DNA of 63,239 bases, the filler included, from Octopus bimaculoides (lineage: Eukaryota): NCBI RefSeq assembly GCF_001194135.2. It is 4 parts of 4 records of this genome, joined end to end, with 100 filler letters (N's around TTAATTAATTAA, not from the genome) between each part and the next. Parts side by side here need not be neighbours in the genome. Positions count along the whole stretch, not along the records: positions 50,209 to 61,951 come from NC_068994.1; positions 62,052 to 63,239 come from NW_026343419.1; 2 more parts are not named here. One strand, 5' to 3'. The notes beneath the pieces were generated by a model. It was not told the origin of the DNA and searched no databases. It was given only the letters and a program-made list of their open reading frames with translations. The position numbers and the translations under genes are program-made. Positions within the stretch are counted from its first letter, which is position 1; each line of letters begins with the position of its first letter. Shown here in pieces: positions 51,948-63,239 of the stretch.

Positions 51948-53275
51948 CGCACAAATGCTGTGAATGTGTTCACTTACATCAATCTTCCACCCCCCACACA
52001 CACATCTTCACTCCTTCTCTACAATTACCTCACCCCTCTACTCTCCATCGTCTTCCCCTCCTCCACCACTCTGTAGTTACCAGTATTTCAGGAACGCTCA
52101 TTGAATTAAACCTGACAGATTCCTTTCGAATTGCAAAGACACCACGTGACTATTGATGACACAAGATGGCGCGCTGATCGAGAGAGTAGAGGTGAAGGGG
52201 GGGGGGGGTAGAAGTGTATATAATTGATGAGCAGAGAGATAAGTGTTTATTGTGTCCACGACACACAGTTGCTGTCCTGTGTTGAGATCGAACCCCAGAG
52301 GGGACTCGCCCGTGACAAATCAGAACGCATGACGAAGCTGAAGTGAAAGAATTATTGATCTGCAAATATCGAACTATGTTCACATAAATTAACATAAATT
52401 AACAGTTCTTAAGTTTTCAAACATATCTTCAGAGAAACTCCGCTGTCTGAGAAACATGGTTGCAATACCAGTAATATTACAATACCATCGACATTGTAAT
52501 ACCTTCAATACTGCACTACCATCATACAGACATTGTCATACAATCGACAAAGGGGTTTACCGAGATGATGGTCTGATACTTTGAGAGAGGCTGCACATAT
52601 TTAAAGAGGACATACGAGGATGGTGACAAAGGTGATGATAATGATGAAAATATACACATACACACGATGAGGAGGAGGAGGAGGAGGAGGAGGCAAAGAG
52701 GGAGGAGGAGGAGGCAAAGAGGGAGGAGGAGGCTGATGATTGTACTGTTGATGCTGTAAGAGAATAAGTTATAAATATATTGGTCAGGATTTCTTCCCCT
52801 ATTTTACATGTTTACATCGAAATGATGTAAACATTTTGTTTGTAATTTATTCTAGTTTCAGAAAGAGAAAGATGAAGTGGGGTAGATGGTACACGATGCA
52901 GGGTACAGGATACCTACGTGTACAGATAACCAACAAATGCTTGGTAGGGGTCTGGTTCCTAAAAGCAAACGTTTTCCAACATATTTTATTTGAAACTTAT
53001 TCTCTTACTTCATCACAATCACCATCATCATCACAATCCACTACACACTCCCTTTCTCAGACGTCTTCTCCCTATCGTTTCACTCTCGAAATTTATCAGA
53101 AACCGTCAGTCCAAAATGCAGTCAGCTTCTCCGTCAAGATATACGGGCCACGCATAGAAACACACACTTACTCTAATACACACACACACACGTACGTGTG
53201 TGTTGTGTGTGTGTGTATAATATATATATTCATACATAGATATATGTGGGCGTGTCTCTCTCTCTCTCTCTCTAT

Positions 53276-53320
<45 letters not shown>

Positions 53321-53694
53321 CATGCACATATATATACTCCGGTAGATATATGTTCATCTATAATATAGACACAAAATTGCTACCATAGGTATGTTTGTGA
53401 TTGAGTGATTATATATGTATATATATATATATANNNNNNNNNNNNNNNNNNNNNNNNNNNNNNNNNNNNNNNNNNNNNNNNNNNNNNNNNNNNNNNNNNN
53501 NNNNNNNNNNNNNNNNNNNNNNNNNNNNNNNNNNNNNNNNNNNNNNNNNNNNNNNNNNNNNNNNNNNNNNNNNNNNNNNNNNNNNNNNNNNNNNNNNNNN
53601 NNNNNNNNNNNNNNNNNNNNNNNNNNNNNNNNNNNNNNNNNNNNNNNNNNNNNNNNNNNNNNNNNNNNNNNNNNNNNNNNNNNNNNNNNNNNNN

Positions 53695-53728
<34 letters not shown>

Positions 53729-53749
53729 TATACATATATAAATGTTTGC

Positions 53750-53789
<40 letters not shown>

Positions 53790-54229
53790 GCATATATATG
53801 AGCGTGCGTGTGCGTGTGTGTGTACCCCTATACATGCATTTATGTGTATATGTATTAATGTAGCTGTAACAGCTTCCCTACAAACACTGACGCTGGTCCA
53901 ACGAGTTAAGTGCGAATAAATAAATATATAAATAAATAAATAAATATATCTTGTATCAACTTATCTTCGACTTAATTATTTCTTTAAATACACAGTTGCA
54001 CACACACACTCACATGCATATGTACACACACACACATACATGCATACATACATACATACATACACATAGACATACGTATATGCAAGCATATATGTATGCG
54101 TGTAATGTATGCCCGTGCGTATATAATTTACAGCTAGCGAGGGTGTATAAAGATGAGAAGTAACTCAAATATTTGAAACTTGCAGACACATTTATTTCAA
54201 AGTACTTGACAGCTTCTAGCAGCAGCAGC

Positions 54230-54312
<83 letters not shown>

Positions 54313-54489
54313 AAGCTTTGATTTAGAAGAATTTAGCTGCTCTTTCAGCATGGTAACGGAAGCACGAAATGATAATGGTGATGATGATGATGAAGCTGAT
54401 AATGAAAATGCGGTGAGGTGATTATATGTGTTCAATAAATATCTCTCATTTGTAATTTATTATAATTAATACCTAGTTATTAATGAAAC

Positions 54490-55035
54490 TTTCTCCCGAT
54501 TAGGGAGAGCAAATGTTGAGGTCTGTAAATATGGCAAAACATTTCCTCTCTCTAATCGAAAAACATTTCCCAAACGGCCATAAATTTCAGACGTTATTCA
54601 AAAGAAGCAACATTAAATTGACTTGCAGTTGCACGAAAACTCATATCTAATAACATCAGAAAGCAAAATGGGAAAATTTCGAAAACAAGCGAAGAGCGAA
54701 GGCAGCCGGCATACAACTGTTGAATCATGAAGTTTTTCCCTCCAAAAGAGTAAATACATTAATACTGTAACGAGCAAATCAAGTTTTCCATAATGCTCCA
54801 TTAAATGCACGACATCGTGCTCGGTTATCGCCAAGAACAGGTTACCAGCATTTGATAAGCACCGTTAGATATGACACAGGTATCTAAAAACTGATGAAAA
54901 TCCTGTGACTTCTGTCTTGCAGAGAAGTCTTACATCATCCACCATCCTACACCAATTTTAGATATTATAACAAAAAATGAACTAATATCGACTTGCCGAC
55001 AATGTATCCAAATTCTGCCTTGACAATTTTAAAGA
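54490..55035 (+). mobile_element. Penelope-like element remnant (RT C-terminus to GIY-YIG end)
   Basis: NMAKHFLSLIEKHFPNGHKFQTLFKRSNIKLTCSCTK, CLAEKSYII and KNELISTCRQ match the PLE motifs FLxLIDKHFP..HK..FNRxxIKxSYSC, CxLCLxEK and ELISxCRH. Confidence 0.85.
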
Positions 55036-55619
55036 AATCTCCTTCATTTGTGACAGACGACAACCCAGTTTACATTGTTTATACCAGCAAGAGCCATTGC
55101 TGTCAAACCTGTTCACGTGTATGGTCGACCAACCAAACGCAACTGCGGTTAAGATTAGACATTCCATGTTAATTTCACATAAAAGGACGTCTATAACATT
55201 CTATACACTTCAAAAATGATGTTACAGTGAGCACATAAACGAAACTACACGCGCGCGCGCATACACATATTTATATATACAGATATTGATACGTATATAG
55301 TAAGTCCGAGTATGAAGGTGATGTCTTGCCATCACAGGTATAAAAAGAAATCGTTGTAGAGTGACATCTAAGTACAGCTCCTCAAGTACTGACAGTCACA
55401 TCTATAATCGACCCCGTCCCAACCGATAATCCTCAAGTCCCACATATAAGTTGTTATTTCTTACATTCTGCTCCCCTAACATAATTCTCTGACCGATTTC
55501 ATAAAGTTACTCCAATTCTAAAGAGTATTTCTGTGAAAAACATTCGAACTGTATAAAAACGTCGATATCCTGCACTTCAATACAATGGTTGCCAACATCG
55601 TGTATTAAACCGCCTCCTA

Positions 55620-56230
55620 AAACATGTGATGGATGATACACTGAAAGGAAAAACTGCATCACCAAATATATCATATCTGTTTATAGACAAGTTAATAAAA
55701 AATTATGAAGATTTGGTAGCAGAATGGAAGCAAAACTTCAAATGGATGATAATCCAGGTTGGAGAGATGACCTTAAGTTTTTATTTGAACTTGGTCATGC
55801 TTTTCGATTTTATCAGCAACAAAGCAATTTCCCAGAAATTAAGTTTAGAAAACTTCCTAGACTTAACAATGCACGTTGGAATTCACGAGAAATGCTGGCT
55901 ATCCTCATATCCATGCTTCCACCACAAAGTATAAAAAAAAAACCTACGACGTGTTATTTTATCAGCGGAAACTGGATGGAAATGTGGTTTTGTGACCAAA
56001 GGTTTGAAAGTATGGCCTACCAGAAACTCTTGAAGCAGTTTCTGAATATAACTAAAGCAAGCAAATGTTTGAAAGCTAATTGGAATGTGAAGAATCAGTA
56101 ATTCAAGATATTCAGCGTTCAAACTGAAAGTGCAGCAAAAATAATGGAGGAATTAGATTGCAGGTCTTCTGAAAAATTAAATCTGATTTGTTTTAACCAA
56201 CAAGGATCTTTGAAAACTTCTGTTGTGTTA
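55620..56230 (+). mobile_element. Frameshifted DNA-transposon-like transposase remnant, superfamily unassigned
   Basis: Overlapping ORFs 55626-55934 and 55724-56101 with IKFRKLPRLNNARWNSR..CYFISGNWMEMWF..KASKCLKANW; no splice signals; frameshifts. Confidence 0.6.
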
Positions 56231-56999
56231 GGCTGCCCTTATTACATTAACAATGCATAACAGTACGTCTTATTACTTGAACAATATATGTATGTCTGTA
56301 GTAAAAGTGTTGTCAAATATATTGTCATCGGTGGGGGAGTTTTTTGTGTCAAAGAAAGAAATGATTATGATTTTTTGTTATTATACCATAAAGTTCACCT
56401 TCTGGTACCTTGGCCTTACTCGACTTGAAAAACGTCATCACCCTAATACGTATATGTATGTATATGCATATGTGAAAAACGAGTATGTGTACGTATATGT
56501 ATGTATGTGCGTATATGTGTACGTACGCGTGCGTGCGTATGCGTGTCCAATCAGCTCTGGAATCCATATTAAATCATTCACCAGAAAAGCTTTTAAAAAC
56601 TTTTACAAAGAATTTTTGGAGAAAAAAAAAGTTAGGAACAGAGAAACGGAGAACCAAGCAAGAAATGCGTTAGAGGCTGGAGGTTGGTAGCGCCATCTTG
56701 CGACAGGGGTCACAGCAATCAAGAATGGCGGATAAGCATTGGATTATCTCGCCTAAATACCACCACCACCACTACTACTATTACCCACCACTACTATCAT
56801 CATCATCATCATCTTCAACGTCATCATCATCATCATCAACAAAAACATTTGCATCCATAAGATGACACAGTAACAACGTTGCACTAACGACATCTGGTTG
56901 TCATGGTAACGTCAGACTTCTCAACCATGTGATATATCTTGTGACCGATCGATAACCAATGGTGACATTGCATGAGGTAGACTGATTGGTGGGAATGCT

Positions 57000-57350
57000 G
57001 GGAGTGGTGATGGGGGCGGTTGTGGTTGTGATGGTCATGGTGGGGCGGTGGTTGTAATGAAGCGTGGTGTGATGGGGGATGAAAATATGGTGGTGTTGGT
57101 AAGAATGTTGGTATTGGTGACAGTGGTGGTGGTGGTGATTGTAGTCGTAATAGTGGTGGTTACGGTGGTGGTGATGGTTATGGTGGTGATAGTGGTAGTG
57201 GGGGTAGTTATGGTGGTTATGGTAGTGGTGGTTTGGGTTGTAGTGGTGGTGGTGGCCTTGGTGATGGTTGTGGTGGTAGTGATAGTGGTGGCGGTTGTGT
57301 TGGTCATGGTTGTAGTCGTCGTGGTGGTGGTGGTGGTGGTGGTGGTGGTA
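57000..57350 (+). repeat. Degenerate (GTG/GTN)n cryptic trinucleotide repeat
   Basis: Direct inspection; produces spurious poly-His, poly-Thr and poly-Val ORFs. Confidence 0.95.
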
Positions 57351-57888
57351 TTTCATTTCTTTGCCCACTATGACTTTACTCTTGCACACATCGCATCTGG
57401 ACCCATTACCTTGTAACTTCATTATCCAAATTTATGGCATTGGCCTATTTCAGTTATCTCCCTTAGCATATTATACATTTTTAAGAATCCAATTTATACT
57501 AACCAGAAATTATTCCAACACTTCATTTGAAACGCTAGCAAACTGATGAGGTCAAACAGACTGAAACATGTTCCTACTTTTCCTGAAACAGTGATCGGAT
57601 TGTTCTTTAAACATAATTTTTGGAACTAATCTCCTGAAATTGATTTTCAGAAACTAATTCCAAATTTCTAGCAATTATCTCCCCCTTTTATTTGGGATCT
57701 TCTAGCAACTACCACCAGGCACCGTTTTTGCTCCATCATCCCTTAACTTACCTAACTACATGACGCCAGCCAATTTCATTGAACTCTTTGAGGTTAATTT
57801 ACTCTTAGTCACGCGCGCGCGCGTGTGCCTGTGTGTTTTACGAGTCTCTCACTTTCTTTTTCTGTCTCCCTGCCTCTCTTTTTCGCTT

Positions 57889-58027
<139 letters not shown>

Positions 58028-58198
58028 CACCCATCCCGCTATGCACAGAGACACAGACACATACCAATCACAGAATTTAGCTAAACCATGCCAAGAGACT
58101 TGCCGAGCCGCTGTTGTTTGTTCCAAACAGCTGAGATATTCACAAGATTTCGCTGCTTTAAATGAAACGAACGGCTGTCGGCCATTTTGTACCGGTTT

Positions 58199-58216
58199 GG
58201 CGCCCTCTGGTGGCCA
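58199..58216 (-). promoter_or_regulatory. CTCF consensus site
   Basis: TGGCCACCAGAGGGCGCC matches the core CCASYAGRKGGCRS exactly, within a CpG-rich unique patch. Confidence 0.65.
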
Positions 58217-58869
58217 GAGCTGTCTGAACGGGTGATCTAGAAACTCAATACTAACTACCACACCACTTTCCCACTGTCAAACAGCCATGTCAAACAGTTG
58301 TCTCTATTGATGTTCGCACAACACCAATAATAAACGTATTCACACCTTGCATGACTCTTCGCCTTCACACTGACGATAATGTTTCATAACACTGGGCGTA
58401 TGTGCATGTGTGTGTATACGTGTGTATGTATATAAGTAAATCTGTGTGTATGTTTGTATAAGTGTATATATTTGTGTGTGTGCCTTTGTGTGATTGTATG
58501 TGTTTATGCGTATTTCTTACGTGTATGTAGCCGCATGTTTGACTGTGACTGTGGCGCTGACGTTAATAAGCAAGGTCTGTGTGTGTGAGTGTGTGACTGA
58601 ATATTTCTATATGTGTGTACATGCCTCTCGTGTGTGTGTGTGTTTGTGTGTGCGTGCGTGCATGCGTGTGTGCGTGTGCGTGTGTTCACACTCACTCGCT
58701 TATATATAAACAGATAAATATACATTCAATACATACAGGTGCACTTTTATAAGTGTGCGCGGATGAAAACCACATGCATAGGTTTTCTGCTAATTTATTA
58801 TTGTTTACTGCACACACACACAATTTTATATATATGTTCATATTTGTAAACACGTACACACGTGTCTGT

Positions 58870-60211
58870 GTAAGCGCGTACGTATATCTAAATTTATGCA
58901 AACGGAGTTCTTGTTGAGCGAGTTGTATCCAGGTATAGGTGGCTTATCTGGTATTCCTTGAAGAAATTTGTCCAGATTCCGTTTAAAGGTGATGGGATCC
59001 TTTTCCTCTTTGATCTGATTCGGAACAATGTTAAATAGGGCAGGGCCTGTTGAGGAAAAGAAATTGTGTTGCAGTGTATTTATGCGTTGTGATCCTGAAT
59101 TGTGTAGGGGACGTATGGCCCGTGGTCCTAGCCTTGGGTGAATTTTAAAGCTAATGTTCAGGTCGTTTGGGCAATGCCGGTGGTATATTCTCCACATCGC
59201 GTAAATGATGTATTGCTCGCGGCGGCGCTGGAAAGAATAGAGTTTCAATGCTTTAAGGCGATCCCAATAATCGAAATGAGTCATGCCCTTAATTCTTTTT
59301 GCGAATGACCTCTGAGGTGATTCAATTTTCGAGATGTTTTGTTTTGTATGGGGAGACCACAGGGGGCAGCAGTATTCGGGGGGTGGCCGTACAAAGTAGG
59401 AGAAAAGACGAATGATGACACCGTGTTTTCTGAAAGGATGTTAGGATCCACGAGCTCATCCTACGAGCTATATCGACCTTATTGTTAATGTGGGCACTCC
59501 AGCTGAGATTGTTATCAACAATTACTCCTAGGACTCTGATATTATTAGATGTTGTGAGTGGTTCCCCTGAAGGAAGAGTATGACTGTTTTAGCATTGTCT
59601 TTCTTCCAAAATGCATCAACTCAAATTTTCCCTCGTTTAGTTGCATTTTGTTTTGTTCTGCCCATTGACTCACCGCATATAGATCAGACTGGACTTCAGT
59701 TCGGTCTTCTTCTTCAGCGAATATTTTCACTTTGCTGAGTTTTATGACGCTAGAAAAGTCGTTTATATAGACTATAAAGAGGGGCGGGCCCAAGACAGTC
59801 CCCCGAAGGGAACCACTGGTGACTTTTTCCGGGCTTGAGTGGATTTCACCGATCACGGATTCCAACATTTGACAATTTTGACAGTAGGATATTAAGGTCA
59901 ACACAGTCGAATGCTTTACTGGAGTCAAGATATATGACATCAGAGTTCGAACCTGATCCCAAGGCTTTAAGGATATCATCGATGTGGTGTAAGAGCTGTC
60001 CTATGCTTATTTGCATATGAATAGAACACTTTTTGGTTGTTTGATTCTTTTTTTGATTACCCACTGTTCCTCTGCAGCTCTTTGATTTTGAGTGGAGGTT
60101 TTCATGTTTTTCCAACTCCAACCTTTTCATTGTTGTTGAATGTGGATGTTGCATGTGGGAGTATTTTAATTGATTGATTTTTTTATTAAGTCTTTTGGTG
60201 CGTCTGATGAG

Positions 60212-60284
<73 letters not shown>

Positions 60285-60475
60285 GAGCCTGTTTCTGTTT
60301 GTGTAGATGGATTTCGTAGGAGCGTGTTTTGATCATGTATATGTGACAATGTCCTCAAAGTGGTTCCGTGTGGTTTTAGTGTCAGTGGAACTGACAGTGA
60401 AGGACCAGTCGATAAAGGACAGATCCTTTCTGATTGCTCCCCAGTCCGCTTTGTAGAAGTTTATATTGTCAAATA
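58870..60475 (-). mobile_element. CR1/Jockey-like LINE, about 1.6 kb, internally deleted and interrupted by (CT)n
   Basis: DVIYLDSSKAFDCVD, SGSLRGTVLGPPLFIVYIND, QWAEQNKMQLNEGKFELMHFG, YWDRLKALKLYSFQRRREQY and NFYKADW. Confidence 0.95.
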
Positions 60476-60672
60476 AGTACAATGATATATATATGTATAT
60501 ATATATATATATAGATAGATAGATAGATACATACGAATATATATACATACGAATATATATATATATATATACATATATATACATGTATGTATGTATGTAT
60601 TCAACACATACGTTAGCATGCACATGTCTATGTGCGCTTATTATGGACATACATTATGCACACACACACACA

Positions 60673-60717
<45 letters not shown>

Positions 60718-61593
60718 TAGATAGAGGTATATATATCTCTACAACATACATATTTACATGTCTGTGTATGGGTGTATATGTGTCTGTGTACGTGTGTGTT
60801 TGTATATGTGTGTGTATATATGTGTATGTGAGCGTGTGAGCGTGAGCGCAGGCGCGTGCGTGTGCTAATGTATCCAAGTGTATCTATATAAATATATACA
60901 CTCTCTGTTATTGGTAAATATTCTCCAGATATTTCAGGAGAATTTGGTTGAGTGAATAACTCAGTTCCAGAACAGCTAACAATGGACTGGCTTATTGTTG
61001 TTGCTGTTGTTTTAACTGCTGCTGCTGCTGCTGCTGTTGCCGTTGTTGTTGATGTTGATGATGATAATGAAGATGATGAGGATGAAGATGATGATGATGA
61101 TGATTTTGATGGTGGTGGTGGTATAGTGTGATGGGGATGGTGTCTACTTTATTACGACACAAGACTCTAAGCGACGGCAGAAGTGAGTGACCGACGGAAG
61201 TCTTGTTGTCAGCCATGTTTTATGTGTCTTGGGACAAGTCACGTGATTAAGGTAAAGGCGGGTAAAGGGTGGTGTGGAACGAGGGAACAGCGGTGTGACT
61301 GTGGATAGGGGATAAACTGAAGGGGGGAACTGTTTAGGAGGAGAAGGAAAAAGGAAGAGACGGAAGAGTAATATGGAGAGAGAAGGGAAGGGGAGGGGAG
61401 GGGATGAAAATAAGGACAGTTTTGTTGTAGTTGTGTGGCCCTAGGTCAATTCTGGTACAGTAGGTGTATAACCAAAGGCGTTCCAGGTACGACCATCCTA
61501 ACTCCTTGATATATGCCATTAAATAATGGCACACGGAATAAACTGGTGTATATGTGGAACTGTATATGTGGGACATTTAATCGCGTGTATCTA

Positions 61594-61917
61594 TCTATAT
61601 ATATATAAATGAAAATGTGTGTCTGTCTGTCTGTGTGTGTGAATCCCTAAAACTCGAGAACTACGCAGCCAATTTCATTCAAATTTTACACATGCCTTAC
61701 TTAGGGTTCCAGTTGTGTTTTAGTCAAAAAATTTTTTTAACTTCTTGCAGAGTTCGATCCCACGGCAACATAATATCTCCTCCACTATTTAAGTATTACG
61801 TGTCAAAAGTGAAACAAAAACACTCATGTCAAATACTTTCACTTTAAAAATGAAACTATTCCACTAACTGAAACAATCACATTTCGATACTGTAATGACA
61901 GATACTTTCACTTTAAT

Positions 61918-61920
<3 letters not shown>
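61594..61920 (+). mobile_element. Non-autonomous Helitron/Helentron-like 5' end
   Basis: Starts TCTATATATATATAAATGAAAATGTGTGTCTGTCTGTCTG, typical of Helitron and DINE-like 5' termini; cut off by (GT)n and the gap. Confidence 0.62.
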
Positions 61921-61951
<31 letters not shown>

Positions 61952-62051
61952 NNNNNNNNNNNNNNNNNNNNNNNNNNNNNNNNNNNNNNNNNNNNTTAAT
62001 TAATTAANNNNNNNNNNNNNNNNNNNNNNNNNNNNNNNNNNNNNNNNNNNN
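61952..62051. other. Artificial 100-nt scaffold linker
   Basis: 44 N + TTAATTAATTAA (61996-62007) + 44 N. Confidence 0.95.
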
Positions 62052-62335
62052 AGATAGATAGATAGATAGATAAGTAGAGTGTTAATTTTACTGAGATGCT
62101 GGATGTCCAATTGTTAGGTACGAAAAAAATAACTATTTCAGCGGTTGGTGAAATATATTCAATTTACTATGAATATCGTTAATAACGTGTCTGTGTCACG
62201 TGAAGATGACGTGAAACCATCAGCTTCGAATGGTGCTTTGGCGCAGGGGGTGCGGTGACTGGCAAAAAAACAAGCACGATTCACACTCTTTCGGTTGTGA
62301 CTTAACAAGTTCTTTTACTGGCAGAAAATCTACAT

Positions 62336-62919
62336 GAGTGGTTCGCAACCATTTTCAGGATGTGAACCCCTTTTACACCTGTTTTTACCCCATGGGAGTG
62401 GGGGTGATGGTATCCCCTTGTAACGAATCGATGTTTTTCTAATTAAATACTATCAGGAATTGTATAAAAGTTTGTTAAAATATTCTGAATGGTAGAAGTA
62501 GAAACCAAATTATTGCGCATACATTTTAACAACAGTGAAGACGCGTGGCTATGTGATTAGCGTATACGGCTTACGGTCGCAAGGTCGTGAGTTCAATTCC
62601 CGGCGACGCGTTGTGTTCTTCAGCAAGACATTTTATTTCATGTTGCTCCAGTCCCAGTCCACTCATCTGGCAAAAATTAATTGAAAAGGCCAGCTTTGTC
62701 ACGCCCTGTGTCTCGCTGATTCACCCTGAGAATTACGTTAAGGGTACGTCAGTCTGTGGAGTACTCAGCCACTTGCAGTTTAATTTCACGAGCAGGCTGT
62801 TCCGTTGATCGGATCAAGTGGAAAGCCTCGTCGTAACCGACGGAGTGCAACTAGTATTTTAACAACAAAATCTGATGTGGACCCTCAAGGGTCACCTGAA
62901 CCCCGGTTGGGAACCACTG
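62336..62919. mobile_element. hAT MITE carrying a nested SINE
   Basis: TIRs GAGTGGTTCGCAACC...GGTTGGGAACCACTG; flanks ATCTACAT and GTCAACAC match 5/8. Confidence 0.72.
62535..62855 (+). mobile_element. SINE family C, full length with 12-bp TSD
   Basis: Homologous to 31900-32178; TSD ATTTTAACAACA at 62523-62534 and 62856-62867. Confidence 0.95.
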
Positions 62920-62944
62920 GTCAACACCATGTGATTCTGGAAAG

Positions 62945-63070
62945 CGATTCAGGCATTAAAGACATCGTAGAAGATGATGCGGTTGAGTTGCTTAAAGAAG
63001 TTTTGTCCAATGACGATCTGATGATGCTAGAAAGAGAGCGAAGCTGAAAAACGAGAACAGAATCAAGATT
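62945..63070 (+). mobile_element. Tigger/pogo transposase C-terminal remnant
   Basis: SGIKDIVEDDAVELLKEVLSNDDLMMLERER resembles Tigger GFxDxxxxDVxELL..LTNEELxELE. Confidence 0.5.
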
Positions 63071-63129
63071 CTTCATGTCCATATTTTAAGTGATGGCGAG
63101 GGATGTCGGTAGCTTTTACTTCATACTCG

Positions 63130-63215
63130 TTTCATTCATTGGATTCTGGCCATGCTGGAGCAGCATGTTGAAATGTTTTTATTCGAACAAATCGATCCCA
63201 GTACTTACGAGTGTC
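63130..63215 (-). mobile_element. SINE family B 3' fragment
   Basis: GTTTCATTC..GGCCATGCTGGAGCA..CGAACAAATCGATCCCAGTAC. Confidence 0.8.
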
Positions 63216-63239
63216 CTTTTTTTTTTTTTGTAAATAAAT

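Noticed and set aside
55200-55260. TGATG..GAAAC downstream of the Penelope remnant as its hammerhead
   Set aside because: Core incomplete and no stems

Overview
Eukaryotic, AT-rich, microsatellite-dense DNA, most likely an octopus draft assembly. This is inferred from tRNA-derived SINEs resembling the octopus OR/CORE and Meta-core types; the species cannot be fixed from sequence alone. Three artificial 100-nt linkers (44 N + TTAATTAATTAA + 44 N) split the window into at least four joined pieces. The only well-supported host coding sequence is the last exon of a globin X-like/neuroglobin-like gene (5552-5692, +). Most of the rest is three SINE families, decayed LINEs (CR1/Jockey-like, RTE, possibly REL-type), a Penelope-like remnant, hAT and Tigger MITEs or remnants, a Helitron-like end and simple repeats. 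Nearly all supplied ORFs are microsatellite artefacts. The most interesting signal is four unrelated minimal type I hammerhead ribozyme (HHR) motifs, each with a self-complementary stem III. Three sit in head-to-head inverted repeats and one carries a swapped G3:C8 core pair. A tRNA-promoter head abuts the tail of one HHR family. An approximately 12 kb SINE-poor, CpG-poor, T-rich block (18.9-30.7 kb) looks like a very long 3' UTR or methylated gene body. All alignments and folds were done by eye, and repeat boundaries are approximate unless a target-site duplication (TSD) is given.
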